Source: Auanema rhodensis
Taxonomy: Eukaryota > Animalia > Nematoda
DNA length: 64,000 nt
NCBI GenBank assembly: GCA_964057225.1
Contig: CAXKVF010000078.1
Span: 434,001 to 498,000 of the forward strand
Reading direction: 5' to 3'
Positions 25,301-40,995 of the stretch are shown in pieces. The translations under genes were made by a program, and so were the position numbers. Within the stretch, counting starts at the first letter, position 1; every line of letters begins with the position of its first letter. The notes under the pieces were generated by a model. It was not told the origin of the DNA. It saw only the letters and a list, made by a program, of their open reading frames with translations, and made no database searches.

Positions 25301-28300
25301 ATCTAATTTTGAAAACCGCATCTCTTTATCTTTCACGTGAAGCGAGTTACATACCAAGTGCACATCACGTGTACATTTAATTAGCATAAATTAAAGTTCA
25401 CGTAAATTTCAAAGTCATGGTTACCATGAACCAATATCAATGAAAATTTGTTTTTAGACTAATATGGACATGGGGAATCTAATTTTGAAAACCGCATCTC
25501 TTTATCTTTCACGTGAAGCGAGTTACATACCAAGTGCACATCACGTATACATTTAATTAGCATAAATTAAAGTTCACGTAAATTTCAAAGTCATGGTTAC
25601 CATGAACCAATATCAATAAAAATTTGTTTTTAGACTAATATGGACATGGGGAATCTAATTTTGAAAACCGCATCTCTTTATCTTTCACGTGAAGCGAGTT
25701 ACATACCAAGTGCACATCACGTATACATTTAATTAGCATAAATTAAAGTTCACGTAAATTTCAAAGTCATGGTTACCATGTACCAATATCAATAAAAATT
25801 TGTTTTTAGACTAATATGGACATGGGGAATCTAATTTTGAAAACCGCATCTCTTTATCTTTCACGTGAAGCGAGTTACATACCAAGTGCACATCACGTGT
25901 ACATTTAATTAGCATAAATTAAAGTTCACGTAAATTTCAAAGTCATGGTTACCATGCACCAATATCAATAAAAATTTGTTTTTAGACTAATATGGACATG
26001 GGGAATCTAATTTTGAAAACCGCATCTCTTCATCTTTCACGTGAAGCGAGTTACATACCAAGTGCACATCACGTGTACATTTAATTAGCATAAATTAAAG
26101 TTCACGTAAATTTCAAAGTCATGGTTACCATGAACTAATATCAATAAAAATTTGTTTTTAGACTAATATGGACATGGGGAATCTAATTTTGAAAACCGCA
26201 TCTCTTTATCTTTCACGTGAAGCGAGTTACATACCAAGTGCACATCACGTGTACATTTAATTAGCATAAATTAAAGTTCACGTAAATTTCAAAGTCATGG
26301 TTACCATGAACCAATATCAATAAAAATTTGTTTTAAGACTAATATGGACATGGGGAATCTAATTTTGAAAACCGCATCTCTTTATCTTTCACGTGAAGCG
26401 AGTTACATACCAAGTGCACATCACGTGTACATTTAATTAGCATAAATTAAAGTTCACGTAAATTTCAAAGTCATGGTTACCATGAACCAATATCAATAAA
26501 AATTTGTTTTTAGACTAATATGGACATGGGGAATCTAATTTTGAAAACCGCATCTCTTTATCTTTCACGTGAAGCGAGTTACATACCAAGTGCACATCAC
26601 GTGTACATTTAATTAGCATTAATTAAAGTTCACGTAAATTTCAAAGTCATGGTTACCATGAACCAATATCAATAAAAATTTGTTTTTAGACTAATATGGA
26701 CATGGGGAATCTAATTTTGAAAACCGCATCTCTTTATCTTTCACGTGAAGCGAGTTACATACCAAGTGCACATCACGTGTACATTTAATTAGCATAAATT
26801 AAAGTTCACGTAAATTTCAAAGTCATGGTTACCATGAACCAATATCAATAAAAATTTGTTTTTAGACTAATATGGACATGGGGAATCTAATTTTGAAAAC
26901 CGCATCTCTTTATCTTTCACGTGAAGCGAGTTACATACCAAGTGCACATCACGTGTACATTTAATTAGCATAAATTAAAGTTCACGTAAATTTCAAAGTC
27001 ATGGTTACCATGCACCAATATCAATAAAAATTTGTTTTTAGACTAATATGGACATGGGGAATCTAATTTTGAAAACCGCATCTCTTTATCTTTCACGTGA
27101 AGCGAGTTACATACCAAGTGCACATCACGTGTACATTTAATTAGCATAAATTAAAGTTCACGTAAATTTCAAAGTCATGGTTACCATGAACCAATATCAA
27201 TAAAAATTTGTTTTTAGACTAATATGGACATGGGGAATCTAATTTTGAAAACCGCATCTCTTTATCTTTCACGTGAAGCGAGTTACATACCAAGTGCACA
27301 TCACGTATACATTTAATTAGCATAAATTAAAGTTCACGTAAATTTCAAAGTCATGGTTACCATGAACCAATATCAATAAAAATTTGTTTTAAGACTAATA
27401 TGGACATGGGGAATCTAATTTTGAAAACCGCATCTCTTTATCTTTCACGTGAAGCGAGTTACATACCAAGTGCACATCACGTGTACATTTAATTAGCATA
27501 AATTAAAGTTCACGTAAATTTCAAAGTCATGGTTACCATGAACCAATATCAATAAAAATTTGTTTTTAGACTAATATGGACATGGGGAATCTAATTTTGA
27601 AAACCGCATCTCTTTATCTTTCACGTGAAGCGAGTTACATACCAAGTGCACATCACGTGTACATTTAATTAGCATAAATTAAAGTTCACGTAAATTTCAA
27701 AGTCATGGTTACCATGAACCAATATCAATAAAAATTTGTTTTTAGACTAATATGGACATGGGGAATCTAATTTTGAAAACCGCATCTCTTTATCTTTCAC
27801 GTGAAGCGAGTTACATACCAAGTGCACATCACGTGTACATTTAATTAGCATAAATTAAAGTTCACGTAAATTTCAAAGTCATGGTTACCATGAACCAATA
27901 TCAATAAAAATTTGTTTTTAGACTAATATGGACATGGGGAATCTAATTTTGAAAACCGCATCTCTTTATCTTTCACGTGAAGCGAGTTACATACCAAGTG
28001 CACATCACGTGTACATTTAATTAGCATAAATTAAAGTTCACGTAAATTTCAAAGTCATGGTTACCATGAACCAATATCAATAAAAATTTGTTTTTAGACT
28101 AATATGGACATGGGGAATCTAATTTTGAGTACCGCATCTCTTTATCTTTCACGTGAAGCGAGTTACATACCAAGTGCACATCACGTGTACATTTAATTAG
28201 CATAAATTAAAGTTCACGTAAATTTCAAAGTCATGGTTACCATGCACCAATATCAATAAAAATTTGTTTTTAGACTAATATGGACATGGGGAATCTAATT

Positions 28301-31300
28301 TTGAAAACCGCATCTCTTTATCTTTCACGTGAAGCGAGTTACATACCAAGTGCACATCACGTGTACATTTAATTAGCATAAATTAAAGTTCACGTAAATT
28401 TCAAAGTCATGGTTACCATGAACCAATATCAATAAAAATTTGTTTTTAGACTAATATGGACATGGGGAATCTAATTTTGAAAACCGCATCTCTTTATCTT
28501 TCACGTGAAGCGAGTTACATACCAAGTGCACATCACGTGTACATTTAATTAGCATAAATTAAAGTTCACGTAAATTTCAAAGTCATGGTTACCATGAACC
28601 AATATCAATAAAAATTTGTTTTTAGACTAATATGGACATGGGGAATCTAATTTTGAAAACCGCATCTCTTTATCTTTCACGTGAAGCGAGTTACATACCA
28701 AGTGCACATCACGTGTACATTTAATTAGCATAAATTAAAGTTCACGTAAATTTCAAAGTCATGGTTACCATGAACTAATATCAATAAAAATTTGTTTTTA
28801 GACTAATATGGACATGGGGAATCTAATTTTGAAAACCGCATCTCTTTATCTTTCACGTGAAGCGAGTTACATACCAAGTGCACATCACGTGTACATTTAA
28901 TTAGCATAAATTAAAGTTCACGTAAATTTCAAAATCATGGTTACCATGAACCAATATCAATAAAAATTTGTTTTAAGACTAATATGGACATGGGGAATCT
29001 AATTTTGAAAACCGCATCTCTTTATCTTTCACGTGAAGCGAGTTACATACCAAGTGTACATCACGTGTACATTTAATTAGCATAAATTAAAGTTCACGTA
29101 AATTTCAAAGTCATGGTTACCATGAACCAATATCAATAAAAATTTGTTTTTAGACTAATATGGACATGGGGAATCTAATTTTGAAAACCGCATCTCTTTA
29201 TCTTTCACGTGAAGCGAGTTACATACCAAGTGCACATCACGTGTACATTTAATTAGCATAAATTAAAGTTCACGTAAATTTCAAAGTCATGGTTACCATG
29301 AACCAATATCAATAAAAATTTGTTTTTAGACTAATATGGACATGGGGAATCTAATTTTGAAAACCGCATCTCTTTATCTTTCACGTGAAGCGAGTTACAT
29401 ACCAAGTGCACATCACGTGTACATTTAATTAGCATAAATTAAAGTTCACGTAAATTTCAAAGTCATGGTTACCATGAACCAATATCAATAAAAATTTGTT
29501 TTTAGACTAATATGGACATGGGGAATCTAATTTTGAAAACCGCATCTCTTTATCTTTCACGTGAAGCGAGTTACATACCAAGTGCACATCACGTGTACAT
29601 TTAATTAGCATAAATTAAAGTTCACGTAAATTTCAAAGTCATGGTTACCATGAACCAATATCAATAAAAATTTGTTTTTAGACTAATATGGACATGGGGA
29701 ATCTAATTTTGAAAACCGCATCTCTTTATCTTTCACGTGAAGCGAGTTACATACCAAGTGCACATCACGTGTACATTTAATTAGCATAAATTAAAGTTCA
29801 CGTAAATTTCAAAGTCATGGTTACCATGAACCAATATCAATAAAAATTTGTTTTTAGACTAATATGGACATGGGGAATCTAATTTTGAAAACCGCATCTC
29901 TTTATCTTTCACGTGAAGCGAGTTACATACCAAGTGCACATCACGTGTACATTTAATTAGCATAAATTAAAGTTCACGTAAATTTCAAAGTCATGGTTAC
30001 CATGCACCAATATCAATAAAAATTTGTTTTTAGACTAATATGGACATGGGGAATCTAATTTTGAAAACCGCATCTCTTTATCTTTCACGTGAAGCGAGTT
30101 ACATACCAAGTGCACATCACGTGTACATTTAATTAGCATAAATTAAAGTTCACGTAAATTTCAAAGTCATGGTTACCATGAACCAATATCAATAAAAATT
30201 TGTTTTTAGACTAATATGGACATGGGGAATCTAATTTTGAAAACCGCATCTCTTTATCTTTCACGTGAAGCGAGTTACATACCAAGTGCACATCACGTGT
30301 ACATTTAATTAGCATAAATTAAAGTTCACGTAAATTTCAAAGTCATGGTTACCATGAACCAATATCAATAAAAATTTGTTTTTAGACTAATATGGACATG
30401 GGGAATCTAATTTTGAAAACCGCATCTCTTTATCTTTCACGTGAAGCGAGTTACATACCAAGTGCACATCACGTGTACATTTAATTAGCATAAATTAAAG
30501 TTCACGTAAATTTCAAAGTCATGGTTACCATGCACCAATATCAATAAAAATTTGTTTTTAGACTAATATGGACATGGGGAATCTAATTTTGAAAACCGCA
30601 TCTCTTTATCTTTCACGTGAAGCGAGTTACATACCAAGTGCACATCACGTGTACATTTAATTAGCATAAATTAAAGTTCACGTAAATTTCAAAGTCATGG
30701 TTACCATGAACCAATATCAATAAAAATTTGTTTTAAGACTAATATGGACATGGGGAATCTAATTTTGAAAACCGCATCTCTTTATCTTTCACGTGAAGCG
30801 AGTTACATACCAAGTGCACATCACGTGTACATTTAATTAGCATAAATTAAAGTTCACGTAAATTTCAAAGTCATGGTTACCATGCACCAATATCAATAAA
30901 AATTTGTTTTTAGACTAATATGGACATGGGGAATCTAATTTTGAAAACCGCATCTCTTTATCTTTCACGTGAAGCGAGTTACATACCAAGTGCACATCAC
31001 GTGTACATTTAATTAGCATAAATTAAAGTTCACGTAAATTTCAAAGTCATGGTTACCATGAACCAATATCAATAAAAATTTGTTTTTAGACTAATATGGA
31101 CATGGGGAATCTAATTTTGAAAACCGCATCTCTTTATCTTTCACGTGAAGCGAGTTACATACCAAGTGCACATCACGTGTACATTTAATTAGCATAAATT
31201 AAAGTTCACGTAAATTTCAAAGTCATGGTTACCATGAACTAATATAAATAAAAATTTGTTTTTAGACTAATATGGACATGGGGAATCTAATTTTGAAAAC

Positions 31301-33263
31301 CGCATCTCTTTATCTTTCACGTGAAGCGAGTTACATACCAAGTGCACATCACGTGTACATTTAATTAGCATAAATTAAAGTTCACGTAAATTTCAAAGTC
31401 ATGGTTACCATGAACCAATATCAATAAAAATTTGTTTTAAGACTAATATGGACATGGGGAATCTAATTTTGAAAACCGCATCTCTTTATCTTTCACGTGA
31501 AGCGAGTTACATACCAAGTGCACATCACGTGTACATTTAATTAGCATAAATTAAAGTTCACGTAAATTTCAAAGTCATGGTTACCATGAACCAATATCAA
31601 TAAAAATTTGTTTTTAGACTAATATGGACATGGGGAATCTAATTTTGAAAACCGCATCTCTTTATCTTTCACGTGAAGCGAGTTACATACCAAGTGCACA
31701 TCACGTGTACATTTAATTAGCATAAATTAAAGTTCACGTAAATTTCAAAGTCATGGTTACCATGAACCAATATCAATAAAAATTTGTTTTTAGACTAACA
31801 TGGACATGGGGAATCTAATTTTGAAAACCGCATCTCTTTATCTTTCACGTGAAGCGAGTTACATACCAAGTGCACATCACGTGTACATTTAATTAGCATA
31901 AATTAAAGTTCACGTAAATTTCAAAGTCATGGTTACCATGAACCAATATCAATAAAAATTTGTTTTTAGACTAATATGGACATGGGGAATCTAATTTTGA
32001 AAACCGCATCTCTTTATCTTTCACGTGAAGCGAGTTACATACCAAGTGCACATCACGTGTACATTTAATTAGCATAAATTAAAGTTCACGTAAATTTCAA
32101 AGTCATGGTTACCATGCACCAATATCAATAAAAATTTGTTTTTAGACTAATATGGACATGGGGAATCTAATTTTGAAAACCGCATCTCTTTATCTTTCAC
32201 GTGAAGCGAGTTACATACCAAGTGCACATCACGTGTACATTTAATTAGCATAAATTAAAGTTCACGTAAATTTCAAAGTCATGGTTACCATGAACCAATA
32301 TCAATAAAAATTTTTTTTAGACTAATATGGACATGGGGAATCTAATTTTAAAAACCGCATCTCTTTATCTTTCACGTGAAGCGAGTTACATACCAAGTGC
32401 ACATCACGTGTACATTTAATTAGCATAAATTAAAGTTCACGTAAATTTCAAAGTCATGGTTACCATGAACCAATATCAATAAAAATTTGTTTTTAGACTA
32501 ATATGGACATGGGGAATCTAATTTTGAAAACCGCATCTCTTTATCTTTCACGTGAAGCGAGTTACATACCAAGTGCACATCACGTGTACATTTAATTAGC
32601 ATAAATTAAAGTTCACGTAAATTTCAAAGTCATGGTTACCATGAACCAATATCAATAAAAATTTGTTTTAAGACTAATATGGACATGGGGAATCTAATTT
32701 TGAAAACCGCATCTCTTTATCTTTCACGTGAAGCGAGTTACATACCAAGTGCACATCACGTGTACATTTAATTAGCATAAATTAAAGTTCACGTAATTTT
32801 CAAAGTCATGGTTACCATGAACCAATATCAATAAAAATTTGTTTTTAGACTAATATGGACATGGGGAATCTAATTTTGAAAACCGCATCTCTTTATCTTT
32901 CACGTGAAGCGAGTTACATACCAAGTGCACATCACGTGTACATTTAATTAGCATAAATTAAAGTTCACGTAAATTTCAAAGTCATGGTTACCATGAACCA
33001 ATATCAATAAAAATTTGTTTTTGGACTAATATGGACATGGGGAATCTAATTTTGAAAACCGCATCTCTTTATCTTTCACGTGAAGCGAGTTACATACCAA
33101 GTGCACATCACGTGTACATTTAATTAGCATAAATTAAAGTTCACGTAAGTTTCAAAGTCATGGTTACCATGAACCAATATCAATAAAAATTTGTTTTTAG
33201 ACTAATATGGACATGGGGAATCTAATTTTGAAAACCGCATCTCTTTATCTTTCACGTGAAGCG

Positions 33264-34317
33264 AGTTACATACCAAGTGCACATCACGTGTACATTTAAT
33301 TAGCATAAATTAAAGTTCACGTAAATTTCAAAGTCATGGTTACCATGCACCAATATCAATAAAAATTTGTTTTTAGACTAATATGGACATGGGGAATCTA
33401 ATTTTGAAAACCGCATCTCTTTATCTTTCACGTGAAGCGAGTTACATACCAAGTGCACATCACGTGTACATTTAATTAGCATAAATTAAAGTTCACGTAA
33501 ATTTCAAAGTCATGGTTACCATGAACCAATATCAATAAAAATTTTTTTTAGACTAATATGGACATGGGGAATCTAATTTTAAAAACCGCATCTCTTTATC
33601 TTTCACGTGAAGCGAGTTACATACCAAGTGCACATCACGTGTACATTTAATTAGCATAAATTAAAGTTCACGTAAATTTCAAAGTCATGGTTACCATGAA
33701 CCAATATCAATAAAAATTTGTTTTTAGACTAATATGGACATGGGAAATCTAATTTTGAAAACCGCATCTCTTTATCTTTCACGTGAAGCGAGTTACATAC
33801 CAAGTGCACATCACGTGTACATTTAATTAGCATAAATTAAAGTTCACGTAAATTTCAAAGTCATGGTTACCATGCACCAATATCAATAAAAATTTGTTTT
33901 TAGACTAATATGGACATGGGGAATCTAATTTTGAAAACCGCATCTCTTTATCTTTCACGTGAAGCGAGTTACATACCAAGTGCACATCACGTGTACATTT
34001 AATTAGCATAAATTAAAGTTCACGTAAATTTCAAAGTCATGGTTACCATGAACCAATATCAATAAAAATTTTTTTTAGACTAATATGGACATGGGGAATC
34101 TAATTTTAAAAACCGCATCTCTTTATCTTTCACGTGAAGCGAGTTACATACCAAGTGCACATCACGTGTACATTTAATTAGCATAAATTAAAGTTCACGT
34201 AAATTTCAAAGTCATGGTTACCATGAACCAATATCAATAAAAATTTGTTTTTAGACTAATATGGACATGGGAAATCTAATTTTGAAAACCGCATCTCTTT
34301 ATCTTTCACGTGAAGCG
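33264..34317 (+). repeat. 3-monomer higher-order repeat (527 bp) x2
   Basis: 85C monomer / deltaG106+143A 175-bp monomer / 131A monomer, starting at 33264 and 33791. Confidence 0.8.
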
Positions 34318-37300
34318 AGTTACATACCAAGTGCACATCACGTGTACATTTAATTAGCATAAATTAAAGTTCACGTAAATTTCAAAGTCATGGTTACCAT
34401 GAAGCAATATCAATAAAAATTTCTTTTAGACTAATATGGACATGGGGAATCTAATTTTGAAAACCGCATCTCTTTATCTTTCACGTGAAGCGAGTTACAT
34501 ACCAAGTGCACATCACGTGTACATTTAATTAGCATAAATTAAAGTTCACGTAAATTTCAAAGTCATGGTTACCATGAACCAATATCAATAAAAATTTGTT
34601 TTTAGACTAATATGGACATGGGAAATCTAATTTTGAAAACCGCATCTCTTTATCTTTCACGTGAAGCGAGTTACATACCAAGTGCACATCACGTGTACAT
34701 TTAATTAGCATAAATTAAAGTTCACGTAAATTTCAAAGTCATGGTTACCATGAAGCAATATCAATAAAAATTTGTTTTTAGACTAATATGGACATGGGGA
34801 ATCTAATTTTGAAAACCGCATCTCTTTATCTTTCACGTGAAGCGAGTTACATACCAAGTGCACATCACGTGTACATTTAATTAGCATAAATTAAAGTTCA
34901 CGTAAATTTCAAAGTCATGGTTACCATGAAGCAATATCAATAAAAATTTGTTTTTAGACTAATATGGACATGGGGAATCTAATTTTGAAAACCGCATCTC
35001 TTTATCTTTCACGTGAAGCGAGTTACATACCAAGTGCACATCACGTGTACATTTAATTAGCATAAATTAAAGTTCACGTAAATTTCAAAGTCATGGTTAC
35101 CATGAACCAATATCAATAAAAATTTGTTTTTAGACTAATATGGACATGGGGAATCTAATTTTGAAAACCGCATCTCTTTATCTTTCACGTGAAGCGAGTT
35201 ACATACCAAGTGCACATCACGTGTACATTTAATTAGCATAAATTAAAGTTCACGTAAATTTCAAAGTCATGGTTACCATGAACCAATATCAATAAAAATT
35301 TGTTTTTAGACTAATATGGACATGGGGAATCTAATTTTGAAAACCGCATCTCTTTATCTTTCACGTGAAGCGAGTTACATACCAAGTGCACATCACGTGT
35401 ACATTTAATTAGCATAAATTAAAGTTCACGTAAATTTCAAAGTCATGGTTACCATGAAGCAATATCAATAAAAATTTCTTTTAGACTAATATGGACATGG
35501 GGAATCTAATTTTGAAAACCGCATCTCTTTATCTTTCACGTGAAGCGAGTTACATACCAAGTGCACATCACGTGTACATTTAATTAGCATAAATTAAAGT
35601 TCACGTAAATTTCAAAGTCATGGTTACCATGAACCAATATCAATAAAAATTTGTTTTTAGACTAATATGGACATGGGAAATCTAATTTTGAAAACCGCAT
35701 CTCTTTATCTTTGACGTGAAGCGAGTTACATACCAAGTGCACATCACGTGTACATTTAATTAGCATAAATTAAAGTTCACGTAAATTTCAAAGTCATGGT
35801 TACCATGAAGCAATATTAATAAAAATTTGTTTTAGACTAATATGGACATGGGGAATCTAATTTTGAAAACCGCATCTCTTTATCTTCCACGTGAAGCGAG
35901 TTACATACCAAGTGCACATCACGTGTACATTTAATTAGCATAAATTAAAGTTCACGTAAATTTCAAAGTCATGGTTACCATGCACCAATATCAATAAAAA
36001 TTTGTTTTTAGACTAATATGGACATGGGGAATCTAATTTTGAAAACCGCATCTCTTTATCTTTCACGTGAAGCGAGTTACATACCAAGTGCACATCACGT
36101 GTACATTTAATTAGCATAAATTAAAGTTCACGTAAATTTCAAAGTCATGGTTACCATGAACCAATATCAATAAAAATTTGTTTTAGACTAATATGGACAT
36201 GGGGAATCTAATTTTGAAAACCGCATCTCTTTATCTTCCACGTGAAGCGAGTTACATACCAAGTGCACATCACGTGTACATTTAATTAGCATAAATTAAA
36301 GTTCACGTAAATTTCAAAGTCATGGTTACCATGAAGCAATATCAATAAAAATTTGTTTTTAGACTAATATGGACATGGGGAATCTAATTTTGAAAACCGC
36401 ATCTCTTTATCTTTCACGTGAAGCGAGTTACATACCAAGTGCACATCACGTGTACATTTAATTAGCATAAATTAAAGTTCACGTAAATTTCAAAGTCATG
36501 GTTACCATGAACCAATATCAATAAAAATTTGTTTTTAGACTAATATGGACATGGGGAATCTAATTTTGAAAACCGCATCTCTTTATCTTTCACGTGAAGC
36601 GAGTTACATACCAAGTGCACATCACGTGTACATTTAATTAGCATAAATTAAAGTTCACGTAAATTTCAAAGTCATGGTTACCATGAACCAATATCAATAA
36701 AAATTTGTTTTTAGACTAATATGGACATGGGGAATCTAATTTTGAAAACCGCATCTCTTTATCTTTCACGTGAAGCGAGTTACATACCAAGTGCACATCA
36801 CGTGTACATTTAATTAGCATAAATTAAAGTTCACGTAAATTTCAAAGTCATGGTTACCATGAAGCAATATTAATAAAAATTTGTTTTTAGACTAATATGG
36901 ACATGGGGAATCTAATTTTGAAAACCGCATCTCTTTATCTTTCACGTGAAGCGAGTTACATACCAAGTGCACATCACGTGTACATTTAATTAGCATAAAT
37001 TAAAGTTCACGTAAATTTCAAAGTCATGGTTACCATGAACCAATATCAATAAAAATTTGTTTTTAGACTAATATGGACATGGGGAATCTAATTTTGAAAA
37101 CCGCATCTCTTTATCTTTCACGTGAAGCGAGTTACATACCAAGTGCACATCACGTGTACATTTAATTAGCATAAATTAAAGTTCACGTAAATTTCAAAGT
37201 CATGGTTACCATGAACCAATATCAATAAAAATTTGTTTTTAGACTAATATGGACATGGGGAATCTAATTTTGAAAACCGCATCTCTTTATCTTTCACGTG

Positions 37301-39239
37301 AAGCGAGTTACATACCAAGTGCACATCACGTGTACATTTAATTAGCATAAATTAAAGTTCACGTAAATTTCAAAGTCATGGTTACCATGAACCAATATCA
37401 ATAAAAATTTGTTTTTAGACTAATATGGACATGGGGAATCTAATTTTGAAAACCGCATCTCTTTATCTTTCACGTGAAGCGAGTTACATACCAAGTGCAC
37501 ATCACGTGTACATTTAATTAGCATAAATTAAAGTTCACGTAAATTTCAAAGTCATGGTTACCATGAACCAATATCAATAAAAATTTGTTTTTAGACTAAT
37601 ATGGACATGGGGAATCTAATTTTGAAAACCGCATCTCTTTATCTTTCACGTGAAGCGAGTTACATACCAAGTGCACATCACGTGTACATTTAATTAGCAT
37701 AAATTAAAGTTCACGTAAATTTCAAAGTCATGGTTACCATGAACCAATATCAATAAAAATTTGTTTTTAGACTAATATGGACATGGGAAATCTAATTTTG
37801 AAAACCGCATCTCTTTATCTTTCACGTGAAGCGAGTTACATACCAAGTGCACATCACGTGTACATTTAATTAGCATAAATTAAAGTTCACGTAAATTTCA
37901 AAGTCATGGTTACCATGCACCAATATCAATAAAAATTTGTTTTTAGACTAATATGGACATGGGGAATCTAATTTTGAAAACCGCATCTCTTTATCTTTCA
38001 CGTGAAGCGAGTTACATACCAAGTGCACATCACGTGTACATTTAATTAGCATAAATTAAAGTTCACGTAAATTTCAAAGTCATGGTTACCATGAACCAAT
38101 ATCAATAAAAATTTTTTTTAGACTAATATGGACATGGGGAATCTAATTTTAAAAACCGCATCTCTTTATCTTTCACGTGAAGCGAGTTACATACCAAGTG
38201 CACATCACGTGTACATTTAATTAGCATAAATTAAAGTTCACGTAAATTTCAAAGTCATGGTTACCATGAACCAATATCAATAAAAATTTGTTTTTAGACT
38301 AATATGGACATGGGGAATCTAATTTTGAAAACCGCATCTCTTTATCTTTCACGTGAAGCGAGTTACATACCAAGTGCACATCACGTGTACATTTAATTAG
38401 CATAAATTAAAGTTCACGTAAATTTCAAAGTCATGGTTACCATGAACCAATATCAATAAAAATTTGTTTTTAGACTAATATGGACATGGGGAATCTAATT
38501 TTGAAAACCGCATCTCTTTATCTTTCACGTGAAACGAGTTACATACCAAGTGCACATCACGTGTACATTTAATTAGCATAAATTAAAGTTCACGTAAATT
38601 TCAAAGTCATGGTTACCATGAAGCAATATCAATAAAAATTTGTTTTTAGACTAATATGGACATGGGGAATCTAATTTTGAAAACCGCATCTCTTTATCTT
38701 TCACGTGAAGCGAGTTACATACCAAGTGCACATCACGTGTACATTTAATTAGCATAAATTAAAGTTCACGTAAATTTCAAAGTCATGGTTACCATGAACC
38801 AATATCAATAAAAATTTGTTTTTAGACTAATATGGACATGGGGAATCTAATTTTGAAAACCGCATCTCTTTATCTTTCACGTGAAGCGAGTTACATACCA
38901 AGTGCACATCACGTGTACATTTAATTAGCATAAATTAAAGTTCACGTAAATTTCAAAGTCATGGTTACCATGAAGCAATATCAATAAAAATTTCTTTTAG
39001 ACTAATATGGACATGGGGAATCTAATTTTGAAAACCGCATCTCTTTATCTTTCACGTGAAGCGAGTTACATACCAAGTGCACATCACGTGTACATTTAAT
39101 TAGCATAAATTAAAGTTCACGTAAATTTCAAAGTCATGGTTACCATGAACCAATATCAATAAAAATTTGTTTTTAGACTAATATGGACATGGGAAATCTA
39201 ATTTTGAAAACCGCATCTCTTTATCTTTGACGTGAAGCG

Positions 39240-40995
39240 AGTTACATACCAAGTGCACATCACGTGTACATTTAATTAGCATAAATTAAAGTTCACGTAA
39301 ATTTCAAAGTCATGGTTACCATGAAGCAATATTAATAAAAATTTGTTTTAGACTAATATGGACATGGGGAATCTAATTTTGAAAACCGCATCTCTTTATC
39401 TTCCACGTGAAGCGAGTTACATACCAAGTGCACATCACGTGTACATTTAATTAGCATAAATTAAAGTTCACGTAAATTTCAAAGTCATGGTTACCATGCA
39501 CCAATATCAATAAAAATTTGTTTTTAGACTAATATGGACATGGGGGATCTAATTTTGAAAACCGCATCTCTTTATCTTTCACGTGAAGCGAGTTACATAC
39601 CAAGTGCACATCACGTGTACATTTAATTAGCATAAATTAAAGTTCACGTAAATTTCAAAGTCATGGTTACCATGAAGCAATATTAATAAAAATTTGTTTT
39701 AGACTAATATGGACATGGGGAATCTAATTTTGAAAACCGCATCTCTTTATCTTCCACGTGAAGCGAGTTACATACCAAGTGCACATCACGTGTACATTTA
39801 ATTAGCATAAATTAAAGTTCACGTAAATTTCAAAGTCATGGTTACCATGCACCAATATCAATAAAAATTTGTTTTTAGACTAATATGGACATGGGGGATC
39901 TAATTTTGAAAACCGCATCTCTTTATCTTTCACGTGAAGCGAGTTACATACCAAGTGCACATCACGTGTACATTTAATTAGCATAAATTAAAGTTCACGT
40001 AAATTTCAAAGTCATGGTTACCATGAACCAATATCAATAAAAATTTGTTTTTAGACTAATTTGGACATGGGGAATCTAATTTTGAAAACCGCATCTCTTT
40101 ATCTTTCACGTGAAGCGAGTTACATACCAAGTGCACATCACGTGTACATTTAATTAGCATAAATTAAAGTTCACGTAAATTTCAAAGTCATGGTTACCAT
40201 GAAGCAATATTAATAAAAATTTGTTTTAGACTAATATGGACATGGGGAATCTAATTTTGAAAACCGCATCTCTTTATCTTCCACGTGAAGCGAGTTACAT
40301 ACCAAGTGCACATCACGTGTACATTTAATTAGCATAAATTAAAGTTCACGTAAATTTCAAAGTCATGGTTACCATGCACCAATATCAATAAAAATTTGTT
40401 TTTAGACTAATATGGACATGGGGGATCTAATTTTGAAAACCGCATCTCTTTATCTTTCACGTGAAGCGAGTTACATACCAAGTGCACATCACGTGTACAT
40501 TTAATTAGCATAAATTAAAGTTCACGTAAATTTCAAAGTCATGGTTACCATGAAGCAATATTAATAAAAATTTGTTTTAGACTAATATGGACATGGGGAA
40601 TCTAATTTTGAAAACCGCATCTCTTTATCTTCCACGTGAAGCGAGTTACATACCAAGTGCACATCACGTGTACATTTAATTAGCATAAATTAAAGTTCAC
40701 GTAAATTTCAAAGTCATGGTTACCATGCACCAATATCAATAAAAATTTGTTTTTAGACTAATATGGACATGGGGGATCTAATTTTGAAAACCGCATCTCT
40801 TTATCTTTCACGTGAAGCGAGTTACATACCAAGTGCACATCACGTGTACATTTAATTAGCATAAATTAAAGTTCACGTAAATTTCAAAGTCATGGTTACC
40901 ATGAACCAATATCAATAAAAATTTGTTTTTAGACTAATTTGGACATGGGGAATCTAATTTTGAAAACCGCATCTCTTTATCTTTCACGTGAAGCG
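39240..40995 (+). repeat. Nested higher-order repeat (ABABC)x2, 878 bp period
   Basis: A=175-bp gaaGc+aatatT+deltaT+cttCcacg, B=85C+tggggGat, C=ctaatTtgg (39942, 40820); copies start at 39240 and 40118. Confidence 0.9.
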
